A stretch of 32,000 nt of DNA from contig OY970170.1 in assembly GCA_963706795.1 (NCBI GenBank), positions 90,001 to 122,000 of the forward strand, read 5' to 3'. Below, piece after piece: positions 1 through 10,277 of this stretch. Under the pieces are notes generated by a model. The model searched no databases and was not told the DNA's origin. It was given only the letters and a program-made list of their open reading frames with translations. The translations under genes and the position numbers were made by a program. Within the stretch, counting starts at the first letter, position 1. Every line of letters begins with the position of its first letter. Source of the stretch: Candidatus Saccharimonadota bacterium (GTDB taxonomy: Bacteria > Patescibacteriota > Gracilibacteria > BD1-5 > UBA2023).

Positions 1-770
<770 letters not shown>

Positions 771-872
771 TCCTACTCATTATTCCCACCAGCATCCAAA
801 CGGTCTCCGGATCGTTTGGGCACACGGGAACCGAAGTCCAGCACTTCCCTTCCAATCCATAATTCTCCCAAT

Positions 873-3800
873 ATGTTTCCAGACAAGAATTTAGAAAATT
901 TCCTCAACGATAAAATCACCGACTACTCTCAGATCGGTAAGCATGCTGGAAAGCGTGATATCACTGCAGGAAAAACCCTCGATAATCTCGCGGGTATCTC
1001 GATCGGACTCGCTTCAAAAGAAGAAGTTCGCGGACTTTCGTACGGAGAAGTTCTCATCTCTGAAACGATCAACTACCGAACACAGCGCCCAGAGCGCGGA
1101 GGTCTCTTCTGTGAGCAGATCTTCGGACCACGCAAAAACTACGAATGTGCGTGTGGAAAATACAAACGAATCCGCTACAAGGGTGTAGTTTGTGAGCGTT
1201 GTGGTGTAGAAGTTACGACTGCTCAGGTACGCCGTCAGCGAACTGGACACATCGAACTCGCCGCTCCAGTTGTACATATTTGGTACCTTAAGTCAGTTCC
1301 TTCTCGTATTGGTCTCCTCCTCGATATTTCTATCAAGAAGCTCGAACAGGTTATCTACTTCGCTTCGTACATCATTACTGAAGTCTACGAAGACAAGCAA
1401 GAATCAGCAGTTGCTGATCTCGAAAATGCCTACAAGACATCAAAGATTGATCTCCAAAAGCGCGTTCAGAAGGATCTTGCTGAAGCAAATATCCAGGTAG
1501 AAGAAAAGAAACTCTCAAAGAAATCATACTCTGAGCTCGAAGCTGCGCTTACGCACCAGATCGACAATCTCGATGAGGAATACGCTCACATGAAGGAACT
1601 CCTCAAGAGTCTCAAGGTTTCAACTGTTATCGGAGAACTCGACTACCGAATCATGTACGACAAATTCCCTCATGTATTTAAGGGAGGAACGGGTGCAGAA
1701 CATATCAAGACTCTCCTTGAGCGTATTGATATACGTGCATTTATTGCCGAACACCAGACTGAGCTCAAGACTGCTCCAAAGTCTAAGCAAAAGAAGATTC
1801 TCCAAAAGCTCAAGCTCGCGTCGAGTCTCTTTAAGTCAAATCAGCGTCCAGAACATTTTGTTCTTGAAGCGATTCAGATCCTTCCACCGGATCTTCGCCC
1901 GATGATTCAGCTCGATGGAGGACGTTTTGCGTCATCTGACCTCAACGATCTCTACCGACGTGTTATCAACCGAAACAACCGTCTCCGCAAGCTTATGGAG
2001 CTCGGAGCTCCTGAGGTTATCCTCAAGAACGAAAAGCGAATGCTCCAAGAAGCAGTCGACATGCTCATCAACGGTGATGTTCGTTCAAACCGACCAGGTT
2101 ATACAACTGCTACAAAGAAAAAGCTCAAGTCACTCGCTGATATCCTCAAGGGTAAGCAGGGACGTTTCCGTCAGAATCTCCTCGGAAAACGTGTCGACTA
2201 CTCAGGACGTTCGGTTATCGTCGTAGGTCCAAGCCTCAAGATGAACGAATGTGGACTTCCAAAGAGTATGGCCCTCGTTCTCTTCCGACCGTTCGTTATC
2301 GGACGCATGATTGAGAAAGAAATCGCCTACAATGTGAAGCACGCTGAAAAGATCATCGAAGATAAGGGAAAAGAAGTATGGGACGCTCTCGACGAAGTAA
2401 TTGAAGGAAAACACGTTCTCCTCAACCGAGCCCCTACTCTTCATCGTCTCGGTATTCAGGCATTCAAGCCAATTCTTATCGAAGGAAAGGCGATCCAGCT
2501 CCACCCTCTCTGCTGTACTGCGTTTAACGCGGACTTCGACGGAGACCAGATGGCGGTTCACCTCCCACTCACCAACGAAGCTCAAGAAGAAGCAGCGTCA
2601 CTCATGGTGACATCTCGCAACATGCTCAATCCAAGTAGTGGAGAGCCAATCGTTGCACCAGGTCTCGACATGGTTCTCGGTTGCTACTACCTTACAAAGT
2701 CAAACAAGACAGAAGCGATCAACTTTTCATTCTCTGACGGAAACGATGCAGAAAATGCATACGACAATGGAGTTATCAAGCTCCAGACTCCAATTCGTCT
2801 CCGAATGGATGGTGTTATCGTAGAGACAACATACGGGCGATATATCTTCAACCAGATTGTTCCTGCCGAGCTCGGATACGTTAATGAAACCCTCGGAAAG
2901 TCAGCTCTTAAGAAGCTCCTCTCACGATCGTTTGATATCCTCGGTTCTGAGCCAACAGCATTCTTCGCTGACCGCATCAAGAATATTGGTTTCAAGTACG
3001 CAACTCTCTCGGGTCTCTCTATCTCCAAAAATGACATGATCGTCCCTGAAACTCAGGACGAGCACATCAAGAACGGTGAAGAGCGAATCAAGGCAATCCA
3101 AAAGGCATTCTGGAACGGTCTCCTCACAGAGCGCGAGCGCTATGAGCAGTCAGTCAAGGTTTGGTCTCAGGTAAAGAACATCATCGAAAAGGAACTTAAG
3201 CCATACTACGACGACACAAACTCGATCTTTAATATGATCGACTCTGGAGCCCGAGGTAACTGGGGTAACGTCACTCAGCTTTGTGGAATGAAGGGTCTCG
3301 TTGCTTCTCCATCAGGAAAGACGATCGAACTCCCAATCAAGGCCAACTATAAGGCGGGTCTCTCAGTTCTTGAATACTTCATCAATACCCATTCAGGACG
3401 TAAGGGTAAGGCCGATACTGCCCTCAAGACCGCTCAGTCAGGATACCTCACACGTCGTCTCGTTGACGCCGCACAAAATATCCTCATCCGTGAGCACGAT
3501 TGTGGAACAGTTCACTACGAAGAAATCCACCGCGAAACTTCAAAGTCTGTCTTCCGCGAATCAATGGACGACAAGATGTTCGGTAAATTCCTTGCAAAGG
3601 ATGTCGTGATTGGTGGTAAGGTTATCATCGAAAGCGGAACAATTATCGACAAGGATGCACTCAAGATTCTTACTGAAAATGCGGTCGAGAGCGTATGCGT
3701 TCGTTCTATCCTCACTTGTGAGACAGAAGAAGGTGTATGTCAGAAATGTTATGGTCTCGATCTCGGTTCTAACCGCCTCGTTACAGAGGGAACTCCAGTT

Positions 3801-4892
3801 GGTATTATCGCCGCTCAGTCTATCGGAGAACCAGGTACACAGCTCACGATGCGTACATTCCACTCGGGAGGAGTTGTGAAGGAAGGAGGTGACATCACAC
3901 AGGGTCTTACTCGTGTTGAAGAACTCCTCGAAGCACGCAATCCAAAATACGAAGCACTCATCTCAGAAATCGAAGGTGAAATCGCTCAGATCCGATACGA
4001 AGGAAAGAGTCTCTTCATTACGGTTCAGGCAAACAAGATCGAGTCTTACGAGTTCTATCTCGCAGATGAGACATTCAAGCCGACAATAAAGGTTGGTGAA
4101 AAGGTCAACGAAAAGCAGATCATCGCGAAATCAAAGGAAACAAAGGGGAAGGTAGTTACTACGCACGACGGTATCGTTGAGCGCATCGACACGAACCTCA
4201 TCATCGTTCGCGATGAGAAGCCACGAACTGTAGAATACATCGTCATGGCCGGTAAGAACCTCCTCGTCAAAGAAGGCGACAAGGTCCGAGTTGGAGACAA
4301 GATCACTGAAGGTCATATCAATATCCAGAACCTCATGGAACTCGCTGATGCGATTACTACTGAGCTCTATATCGTTAATGACATTAAGGAAATCTACTCT
4401 TCTCAGGGTCAGACGGTTAACTCAAAACATATCGAACTTATTGTTCGACAGATGTTCTCAAAGATCAAGATCACCAACGCTGGAGATTCCTCTTTCTTCC
4501 CTGGAGATATCGTTGATATCATCGCATTCAAGAAAGAAAACGAAATCCTCGGACGTGAAGGAAAGCGCGAAGCCATCGGTACTCGCCTCCTCCTCGGTCT
4601 CACAAAGATCTCTCTCTTCACAGAGTCTTGGCTCTCTGCAGCATCGTTCCAGGAAACAGTCCGTGTCCTCGTTGATGCCTCTACTGCCAAAAAGATCGAC
4701 AAGCTCGATGGTCTCAAAGAAAACGTTATCATCGGACGCCTCATTCCAACGCTCAAATACTTCGAAAACAACCGCGATGTCGGTGAGTACTTCGGATCTG
4801 ACGATCCAGAGCTCGAGTTCGAATCACCATTCTCAAAGATGGCCCGACGAGAACAACTTCTCGAAGAATACGAACAGTCAATGAACGTCTAA
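873..4892 (+). CDS. rpoC: DNA-directed RNA polymerase beta' subunit (1339 aa)
   Basis: Single long ORF with a zinc-binding CACGKYKRIRYKGVVCERCGVEV segment and the catalytic NADFDGDQMAVHLP motif. It lies directly downstream of rpoB. I chose ATG 873 over the TTG at 816 used by the ORF track. TAA stop at 4890-4892. No in-frame TGA in 1339 codons. Confidence 0.95.
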   Translation: MFPDKNLENFLNDKITDYSQIGKHAGKRDITAGKTLDNLAGISIGLASKEEVRGLSYGEVLISETINYRTQRPERGGLFCEQIFGPRKNYECACGKYKRIRYKGVVCERCGVEVTTAQVRRQRTGHIELAAPVVHIWYLKSVPSRIGLLLDISIKKLEQVIYFASYIITEVYEDKQESAVADLENAYKTSKIDLQKRVQKDLAEANIQVEEKKLSKKSYSELEAALTHQIDNLDEEYAHMKELLKSLKVSTVIGELDYRIMYDKFPHVFKGGTGAEHIKTLLERIDIRAFIAEHQTELKTAPKSKQKKILQKLKLASSLFKSNQRPEHFVLEAIQILPPDLRPMIQLDGGRFASSDLNDLYRRVINRNNRLRKLMELGAPEVILKNEKRMLQEAVDMLINGDVRSNRPGYTTATKKKLKSLADILKGKQGRFRQNLLGKRVDYSGRSVIVVGPSLKMNECGLPKSMALVLFRPFVIGRMIEKEIAYNVKHAEKIIEDKGKEVWDALDEVIEGKHVLLNRAPTLHRLGIQAFKPILIEGKAIQLHPLCCTAFNADFDGDQMAVHLPLTNEAQEEAASLMVTSRNMLNPSSGEPIVAPGLDMVLGCYYLTKSNKTEAINFSFSDGNDAENAYDNGVIKLQTPIRLRMDGVIVETTYGRYIFNQIVPAELGYVNETLGKSALKKLLSRSFDILGSEPTAFFADRIKNIGFKYATLSGLSISKNDMIVPETQDEHIKNGEERIKAIQKAFWNGLLTERERYEQSVKVWSQVKNIIEKELKPYYDDTNSIFNMIDSGARGNWGNVTQLCGMKGLVASPSGKTIELPIKANYKAGLSVLEYFINTHSGRKGKADTALKTAQSGYLTRRLVDAAQNILIREHDCGTVHYEEIHRETSKSVFRESMDDKMFGKFLAKDVVIGGKVIIESGTIIDKDALKILTENAVESVCVRSILTCETEEGVCQKCYGLDLGSNRLVTEGTPVGIIAAQSIGEPGTQLTMRTFHSGGVVKEGGDITQGLTRVEELLEARNPKYEALISEIEGEIAQIRYEGKSLFITVQANKIESYEFYLADETFKPTIKVGEKVNEKQIIAKSKETKGKVVTTHDGIVERIDTNLIIVRDEKPRTVEYIVMAGKNLLVKEGDKVRVGDKITEGHINIQNLMELADAITTELYIVNDIKEIYSSQGQTVNSKHIELIVRQMFSKIKITNAGDSSFFPGDIVDIIAFKKENEILGREGKREAIGTRLLLGLTKISLFTESWLSAASFQETVRVLVDASTAKKIDKLDGLKENVIIGRLIPTLKYFENNRDVGEYFGSDDPELEFESPFSKMARREQLLEEYEQSMNV

Positions 4893-4895
4893 TAA

Positions 4896-4935
4896 AAATC
4901 CCTCCAAAGCTCGCAAGAGTGAAGGAGGGTTTTTA
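4896..4935 (+). terminator. Rho-independent terminator after rpoC
   Basis: CCCTCC (4900-4905) pairs with GGAGGG (4924-4929), with an inner CTC/GAG pairing. A T-run follows at 4930-4934 and an A-run precedes. Confidence 0.8.
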
Positions 4936-4952
4936 TTATTCTATAGCCATAA

Positions 4953-4980
4953 TTGACATTCTTATATCTGTCAATATGCT
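4953..4980 (+). promoter_or_regulatory. Candidate sigma70-type promoter (TTGACA-N16-TATGCT)
   Basis: Perfect -35 TTGACA at 4953-4958, a 16-nt spacer, then TATGCT at 4975-4980. The ATG at 4989 is only 8 nt downstream, which would imply a leaderless or near-leaderless mRNA. Confidence 0.3.
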
Positions 4981-4988
4981 CCATTTTA

Positions 4989-6293
4989 ATGAATATAGAG
5001 CACTCTAATTATCATTCTAAGAATCTTGTCTGAGCGGGTATCTCGGACTTTTTTCCTGATGATCAGGGGCATCTTTTTTCTCACGAAGAACAATCTCAAG
5101 TGCTTGAGTCTTCCCTTGCTCAAAATGGTATTTTTTGTATACAACTTCCCAAATGAGTCCTTGCAAGCGAGATGCCCGAACTCTTGCATACGCAGCTCGA
5201 CCAGGCCTATGAACTGGACAGGATTCGTCTCGAAAATCACAGAATAGCGAACGGACTTATTGAGCCCGTTCGTGATCCAATCGATCCGCGCTGAAAGTAC
5301 CATCCAGAAGAAAAACGCTTCTGCAATAATGGATGGATGGCTCCGGATGGCACCATTCATCTCTGTCACTGGCATGATCCAGGACATGATCCATACGCGC
5401 CCTATTTTCTCCTTGATACTATCAAAATGCGAAGTCTCGGATTTTCTGTAGGCGAAGCAAGACGCGTTGCTGAAAACCATTCGCTCAGTGCACAAGGATG
5501 GATCAAGCTCCATCGTGAAATATTTCAGATCACCAGCTGGACTCCAGAGCAACAAGCAATGATAAAACTCTGGACAGAAATCATGCCCGACACACAAACT
5601 CGTGACCTTTGATTTATAGATCGTGGCGAGAAAGCTAAAAAGCTTGATCTCGAGAAAACTCGTACACAAATTTTAGGCGCGATTGAGTTCAGGCAAGAAA
5701 TTGATTCACTTGGGACCACGCCTCTCTTTTTTTCGAGAAATTCATCTTCACGAGATATTGAGCGAATCATTACTCAGCGCTTTGGAAAGATCAACGCTCA
5801 GATATTTATTGATCGTCTTATAGATAGCTCTGTAGCGCAGCGTGCCATGGTCGCAATCTCTCCACAGTGAGATATGTTTTGTTTTGTGCCAAGACTCAGT
5901 CCGCGTGGTATGGAGCGATATGATGACGCGTATGATCCGTATTACTTTGACATAGGATATATGAATTCCCTCAATTGGGATGATGACTATATTGAGCACA
6001 CTGACGGCTTCTATCCATATTTTCAAAAACGAGGATATCTTGTGTTTGGTCTTGCACGGTTCAAAACGCATCTCGATGTTGCCACCGAAAAAGTTACTAA
6101 ATGGAGAGAGCAAAAACTTGCACAGAAGGACGATAGTGATAATGAAATCTCTATTCCGGAAACTATCATTACCGAATCCCAACTCACCGCCATGAAGCGA
6201 TGGAATGAATTTTTTGATCCGCTCACCGCAAAAGCAAAAAAGGCCTACGATGCAGAAAATCTCGCAGATGATAACTCTGATATTCCATTCTAA
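4989..6293 (+). CDS. Hypothetical protein (434 aa), continuous only if TGA=Gly
   Basis: The plus frame is open from ATG 4989 to TAA 6291-6293, with in-frame TGA at 5031, 5154, 5292, 5610 and 5868. It joins track ORFs 5337..5612 and 5874..6293. The amino-acid composition is balanced, and a strong terminator follows at 6301-6332. The overlapping minus-strand ORFs look like antisense shadows. No family recognised. Confidence 0.6.
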
Positions 6294-6300
6294 AGCCAAA

Positions 6301-6332
6301 ATAAAGCCTCCCGAATTGGGAGGCTTTATTTT
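6301..6332. terminator. Bidirectional terminator hairpin shared by convergent genes
   Basis: AAAGCCTCCC (6303-6312) pairs with GGGAGGCTTT (6318-6327), giving a 10-bp stem with loop GAATT. T-rich tracts flank it on both strands. It sits 8 nt after the plus-gene stop and 1 nt after the minus-gene stop. Confidence 0.85.
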
Positions 6333-6333
6333 G

Positions 6334-7215
6334 CTAAGAGAATATCCACGGAGCAATCGTATTAAGGATAAATCCTACCAAAAAGAGAAGCACCAGCCCC
6401 ATGATGAGCTTACTAATGCGCCCCTTTGCCTTAGTGCGAGATCCTTCGTCATCGGCACTGAGTGACCACTGGATTCCAGAGAGTACAATCATAAGTACTC
6501 AGAGAAGTGCTGTAATAAATGTCGCGTACTTGATGAGTCCACCAAGGAAGCCTTGTACTGTGGCAAATCCGCCCTGCACTGTACATTGATATTTTGCCTT
6601 TTCGACACCTCAAGTCGCAATCTGTACACAGTTTGCTCCAGGGATATTTTCGGTGGTTGTAATTTTAAGTGCTCACTTCTTTGATGAAGATGAACTCGGT
6701 GCAGTACTATCCGTTGATGAAGTCGCGGCATCTGATGGGGTAACCGGCGCCCCTGCCGCATCGAGCGTCACAGGCTGACCATCTCAACCAGAGACTGTCA
6801 CGGAACCATCAGGATTTACTTTTACATTTGATTGCCCGCCATCTCCAACATGTGCAATTTCGTAGGCTTCGACCGCCTTTTGTTGTTCGGGCGTCATAAC
6901 CTTGCTACTTGGAGTAGCTGTGGTGTTCACATCCTTCGCTCCAGTTGACGGAGTTCCGTCAGCATTTTTATAGAGACCTGAATTATTTTGTGCTTCTTTT
7001 ACAGACTTTCCTTTGTCATCATTCGCACTCGAACTCGCTGGAAGTCCACTCTGACCGGCTGGCGGATCCGTATAGGTAATATTTCATTTCGCATCTTTTG
7101 TACCAATACTCGTTCCATCGCCACCGTAGATAATTTCATCAGCAAAAATTGGATGAATTCCCTGCAAGAGACCGAGTATTACAACCAAAAGGCCCGTCGT
7201 GAATATTTTTTTCAT
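6334..7215 (-). CDS. Secreted protein (293 aa) with a C-terminal VirB2/TrbC-like ('T4SS pilin'-type) two-helix hairpin
   Basis: Signal peptide MKKIFTTGLLVVILGLLQGIHPIFA, then an S/T/G/P/D-rich region of about 190 aa. A Cys pair (NCVQ...YQCT) precedes the hairpin TM-GIQWSLSADDEGSRTKAKGRISKLIMGLVLLFLVGFIL-TM. In-frame TGA codons occupy 7084-7086, 6784-6786, 6673-6675, 6610-6612 and 6499-6501. TAG stop at 6334-6336. Confidence 0.75.
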
Positions 7216-7219
7216 AATC

Positions 7220-8137
7220 TTAGAGTTTGAAATCAGCGAGATCCTTGAGGAAAGTATAGCTCGCAAGAAGAATAATCACCGCAATAAAGGTATTAATCAC
7301 AATGGATTTTCCCTTCTTGGCACGCTCCTCGTCACCGGCAGAGCTGATATAGTACCAAGCACCGAGTGTGAGGAAGAAGATCGCAGTGGGTCCTGCAAAA
7401 AAGAGAGCGAGATTAGCAAGCGATGCAAACATCGACTGGCCACTTGGGATATTACCCGAGTAGGCAACCGACACCCATGCCTGGATAACACCGAGGAATA
7501 TGAGTGCTAAAAATCCATAGAGCGCCTGGTTTTTGGCAGTCTTTCGAGCTTCGTCATTGCCGCCAGAAACGATGAGTTTAAAGCCGGCGAGCGCAAAGAA
7601 AAATATCGCAAATCCGATGATACCAATACGGATGAAGGCAATAACTCCATTCTCGATGGTTGAATTCCAGACATCAAAATTTACAAAAATATTCGTTCCG
7701 CCCTTTTGCGAAGAGACAAAGTCGCTATTCGTGGGGGTTCAGGTGATGTCCTTCCCGCCTCATTCCCTGCCTGCTGTAAAGACGTTATAGAGCTGACCAG
7801 GAATATTGACGAACAAAAATGCGATTACCGCGTAGACGAGTTGGCTTTTTTGTTTGGAGAGTTCGCCTTCATCGCCGTATGCGATCACCATCATAATACC
7901 GGCATAGACGATAAAAATGACTGCGAGACCATTGACGATGACCTTGGCGGTTGAGAGGATATTACGGCCGGCATTGCCGACTTTTTCGACGGTGGATTCA
8001 CCCGCGAGTGGCCCCATAGAAGTCGTCGAGAGCTCCCCTGCCCCTGGAATAACATCAACCCCCGCATTCACCGAAAAGGTTGCGAGGGTAAGAATTCCGA
8101 GGATGAGTGTGAGTGTTGCTTTTTTGAATATGGACAT
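7220..8137 (-). CDS. Signal-peptide protein (305 aa) made of three tandem VirB2/TrbC-like TM hairpins (six TM segments)
   Basis: It joins track ORFs 7760..8188 and 7220..7474 through TGA codons at 7760-7762 and 7739-7741. Signal peptide MSIFKKATLTLILGILTLATFSVNA. There are three repeats of TM, an acidic loop ending in K, then TM: ..AYGDEGELSKQKSQLVYAV.., ..VSGGNDEARKTAKNQALYGF.. and ..SSAGDEERAKKGKSIVINTF... ATG 8137 lies 1 nt after the pilT stop. Confidence 0.75.
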
Positions 8138-8138
8138 G

Positions 8139-9203
8139 TTATTCATCATTCGTGAAGTAGCCGATGTAGTCTTCTTGTTTGACGACACCGCCCGCTGCCA
8201 GCTTGTCAGCCGATGCGCGCATGGAGATCATACCTTCTTGGCTTCCAAGTTCAATATTATTATTGATTTGGATGAGGTCTCCGGATTTTATGAGGTTTTT
8301 GATCGCTGGTGTAATGAACATAAGCTCATGAATACCAACACGACCGTGCCCCTCCGCACGAGGAATCAGACGCTGCGAAAGCACTCCAAGAAGCGAATCC
8401 GCCAAACGCACCCGAACCTGCACCTGAATATCAGGCGGGAAAAACTGGATCAAACGATTAATTGTCTGCACCGAACCCGAGGTATGAAGCGTTGAAAATA
8501 CCAGATGACCCGTTTCTGCGAGATTCATTGCGGCTTCGACCGTCTCTTTGTCTCGCATTTCACCGACCATAACGATGTCAGGATCTTCACGCATCGCAGC
8601 TCGGATGGCTGATACAAACGAATCCGTATCGCGCCCAACTTCTCTCTGTGAAAATATTGATATTTTGTCTGTAAAAATGAATTCTATCGGATCTTCGATC
8701 GTAACGATATGCTCTCTACGGCTCTCATTAATACGATCAATAATCGATACCATCGTCGTCGACTTACCCGAACCTGTCGGCCCCGTGATGAGGAAAAGCC
8801 CCTGCTTTGCAGCCAAAATCTTGTTTACGCCCTGGGGCAAACCAAGGTCCTCCATCTTTTTAGCTTCGCGTTCAATACGACGAAGAACAAATCCTACCTT
8901 CCCGAGTTTAAAAAATCCATTTACACGAAAAGGCGTTCCATCGCGCGATACATAGGCGAAGTCGACATCGTGCTTTGCATAAAATGCAGTTTGATTGTCC
9001 TTGTCACCCTTAAAAAGCTCAAGTGCGAGAGCATCGGCAATTTCAGGCGTGATCTTGCCAGCTTCCTGCAGCTTTGCGAGCTCGCCGTGGACACGAAACG
9101 CGATAAATTCTCCCTCGGCAATATGGATATCCGATGCGGTGATCTTGATGGCATATGCGAGAATCCCCTCGAGGGAGAAACCTTGGTTTGTGTTTTCGGA
9201 CAT
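8139..9203 (-). CDS. pilT: PilT-like type IV pilus retraction ATPase (354 aa)
   Basis: Walker A GPTGSGKSTT, Asp box IVTIEDPIEF, Walker B DPDIVMVGEMRD, His box TGHLVFSTLHT, and a PilT-type AIKNLIKSGD motif. The length is typical of PilT rather than PilB. No in-frame TGA. Confidence 0.88.
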   Translation of the reverse strand: MSENTNQGFSLEGILAYAIKITASDIHIAEGEFIAFRVHGELAKLQEAGKITPEIADALALELFKGDKDNQTAFYAKHDVDFAYVSRDGTPFRVNGFFKLGKVGFVLRRIEREAKKMEDLGLPQGVNKILAAKQGLFLITGPTGSGKSTTMVSIIDRINESRREHIVTIEDPIEFIFTDKISIFSQREVGRDTDSFVSAIRAAMREDPDIVMVGEMRDKETVEAAMNLAETGHLVFSTLHTSGSVQTINRLIQFFPPDIQVQVRVRLADSLLGVLSQRLIPRAEGHGRVGIHELMFITPAIKNLIKSGDLIQINNNIELGSQEGMISMRASADKLAAGGVVKQEDYIGYFTNDE

Positions 9204-9206
9204 AAA

Positions 9207-9857
9207 TTATGCAGGAATTTCTTTAGTAAGCATGGCGATAACTTTTTGCGCGCGTTTGCTATCTGCTTCGATTTTCTGAGTCTCTTCTTCTTTAGCCTTA
9301 GCTTCTGCAAGGATACGCTCGCTTTGTGCAATAAGATCAGCTTTCTCATCGAGAAGTGCCTTAATCTTTGCTTCGTCTCGTTTTACATTTTCCTGGATCT
9401 TGGCAATCGTTGCAGTAATTGTACTATCGAGATCCATCGTATCTGAAACTTCAGCAAGATCGAATGCTTCCGTTGCTTTTGGCTCGACAACTGCAGCGAA
9501 TTCTTCTCTCGTTGCGTTTACGGTTTCGATTACTGGAAGTGATTCGATCGTATCAATAACTGATTCAGGAGCTTCGGATACTGGATCAAAAAAGAGATCG
9601 GTTGCTTCGGAAGCGGCTGAAACTGTATCAGTTGAAGCAATAACTGGCTCATCAAAAGTAACAACATCAGCTGTAGTTTCTTCGTCTGCAAAGGCAGAAA
9701 TATGAGGAGCTTCGGTAGCAGGCTCGTCATTTAAGATCAAAAAGTCAGAAGTCGCAAGAGAAGTATCCGACTCAGGAGCTTCAGTAGTTACGGGAGTTGC
9801 CACAGCAGTCGCTGTTTTTGAAGAAGACGAATCGTCAGCAAAATTAAAGAAATCCAT
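9207..9857 (-). CDS. Acidic low-complexity protein with a C-terminal coiled coil (216 aa)
   Basis: ATG-to-TAA ORF whose stop lies 3 nt before the pilT ATG. The N-terminal two-thirds are rich in D/E/T/A/S. The C-terminus (IAKIQENVKRDEAKIKALLDEKADLIAQSERILAEAKAKEEETQKIEADSKRAQ) has heptad-like character. No family recognised. Confidence 0.65.
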   Translation of the reverse strand: MDFFNFADDSSSSKTATAVATPVTTEAPESDTSLATSDFLILNDEPATEAPHISAFADEETTADVVTFDEPVIASTDTVSAASEATDLFFDPVSEAPESVIDTIESLPVIETVNATREEFAAVVEPKATEAFDLAEVSDTMDLDSTITATIAKIQENVKRDEAKIKALLDEKADLIAQSERILAEAKAKEEETQKIEADSKRAQKVIAMLTKEIPA

Positions 9858-9906
9858 AGAGAGACATTAATAAATACTTCAAAAGGCTACCACAACGTTG
9901 AAGCAT

Positions 9907-9934
9907 TTGCAAAAAACGCGGAGAGTTCTATAAT
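9907..9934 (+). promoter_or_regulatory. Candidate promoter for ybaB (TTGCAA-N16-TATAAT)
   Basis: TTGCAA at 9907-9912, a 16-nt spacer, and a perfect TATAAT at 9929-9934, 24 nt upstream of ATG 9959. It lies in the divergent intergenic region. Confidence 0.45.
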
Positions 9935-9958
9935 CACCCCGTTTTTTTCACTACCAAT

Positions 9959-10258
9959 ATGGATTACTCAAAAGCCAAAGATTTGCTCAAGCTCCAGCAA
10001 GAAGCACAAAAAATTCAGAACGAACTCAGCAATATCCACATCGAAGCCGAAGTCGACGGTGTAGTTATCACGGTTGACGGCCAGATGAAGATCATCGGTG
10101 TCACCATCGAAGACGAATCCATCCTCAAAGACAAAACCCGCCTCGAAAAATCCACAATGGAAGCGATCAACAAGGGTATCAAAAAATCCCAAGAAATCGC
10201 CGCAGAAAAAATGAAATCCGTTATGGGAAGTATGGGATTGAATTTACCTGGGATGTAG
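9959..10258 (+). CDS. ybaB: YbaB/EbfC-family nucleoid-associated protein (99 aa)
   Basis: Size and layout are typical of the family: N-terminal helix LLKLQQEAQKIQNEL, then EVDGVVITVDGQMKIIGVTIEDESI, then a C-terminal helix and a GLNLPGM tail. Confidence 0.8.
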   Translation: MDYSKAKDLLKLQQEAQKIQNELSNIHIEAEVDGVVITVDGQMKIIGVTIEDESILKDKTRLEKSTMEAINKGIKKSQEIAAEKMKSVMGSMGLNLPGM

Positions 10259-10277
10259 GCATCCAAAGAAGATTAAA

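Noticed and set aside
4986-6356. Minus-strand ORFs 4986..5669 and 5748..6356 as real genes
   Set aside because: They have antisense-like composition, and the second runs through the 6301-6332 terminator. The opposite strand gives one continuous, promoter-to-terminator ORF when TGA=Gly.
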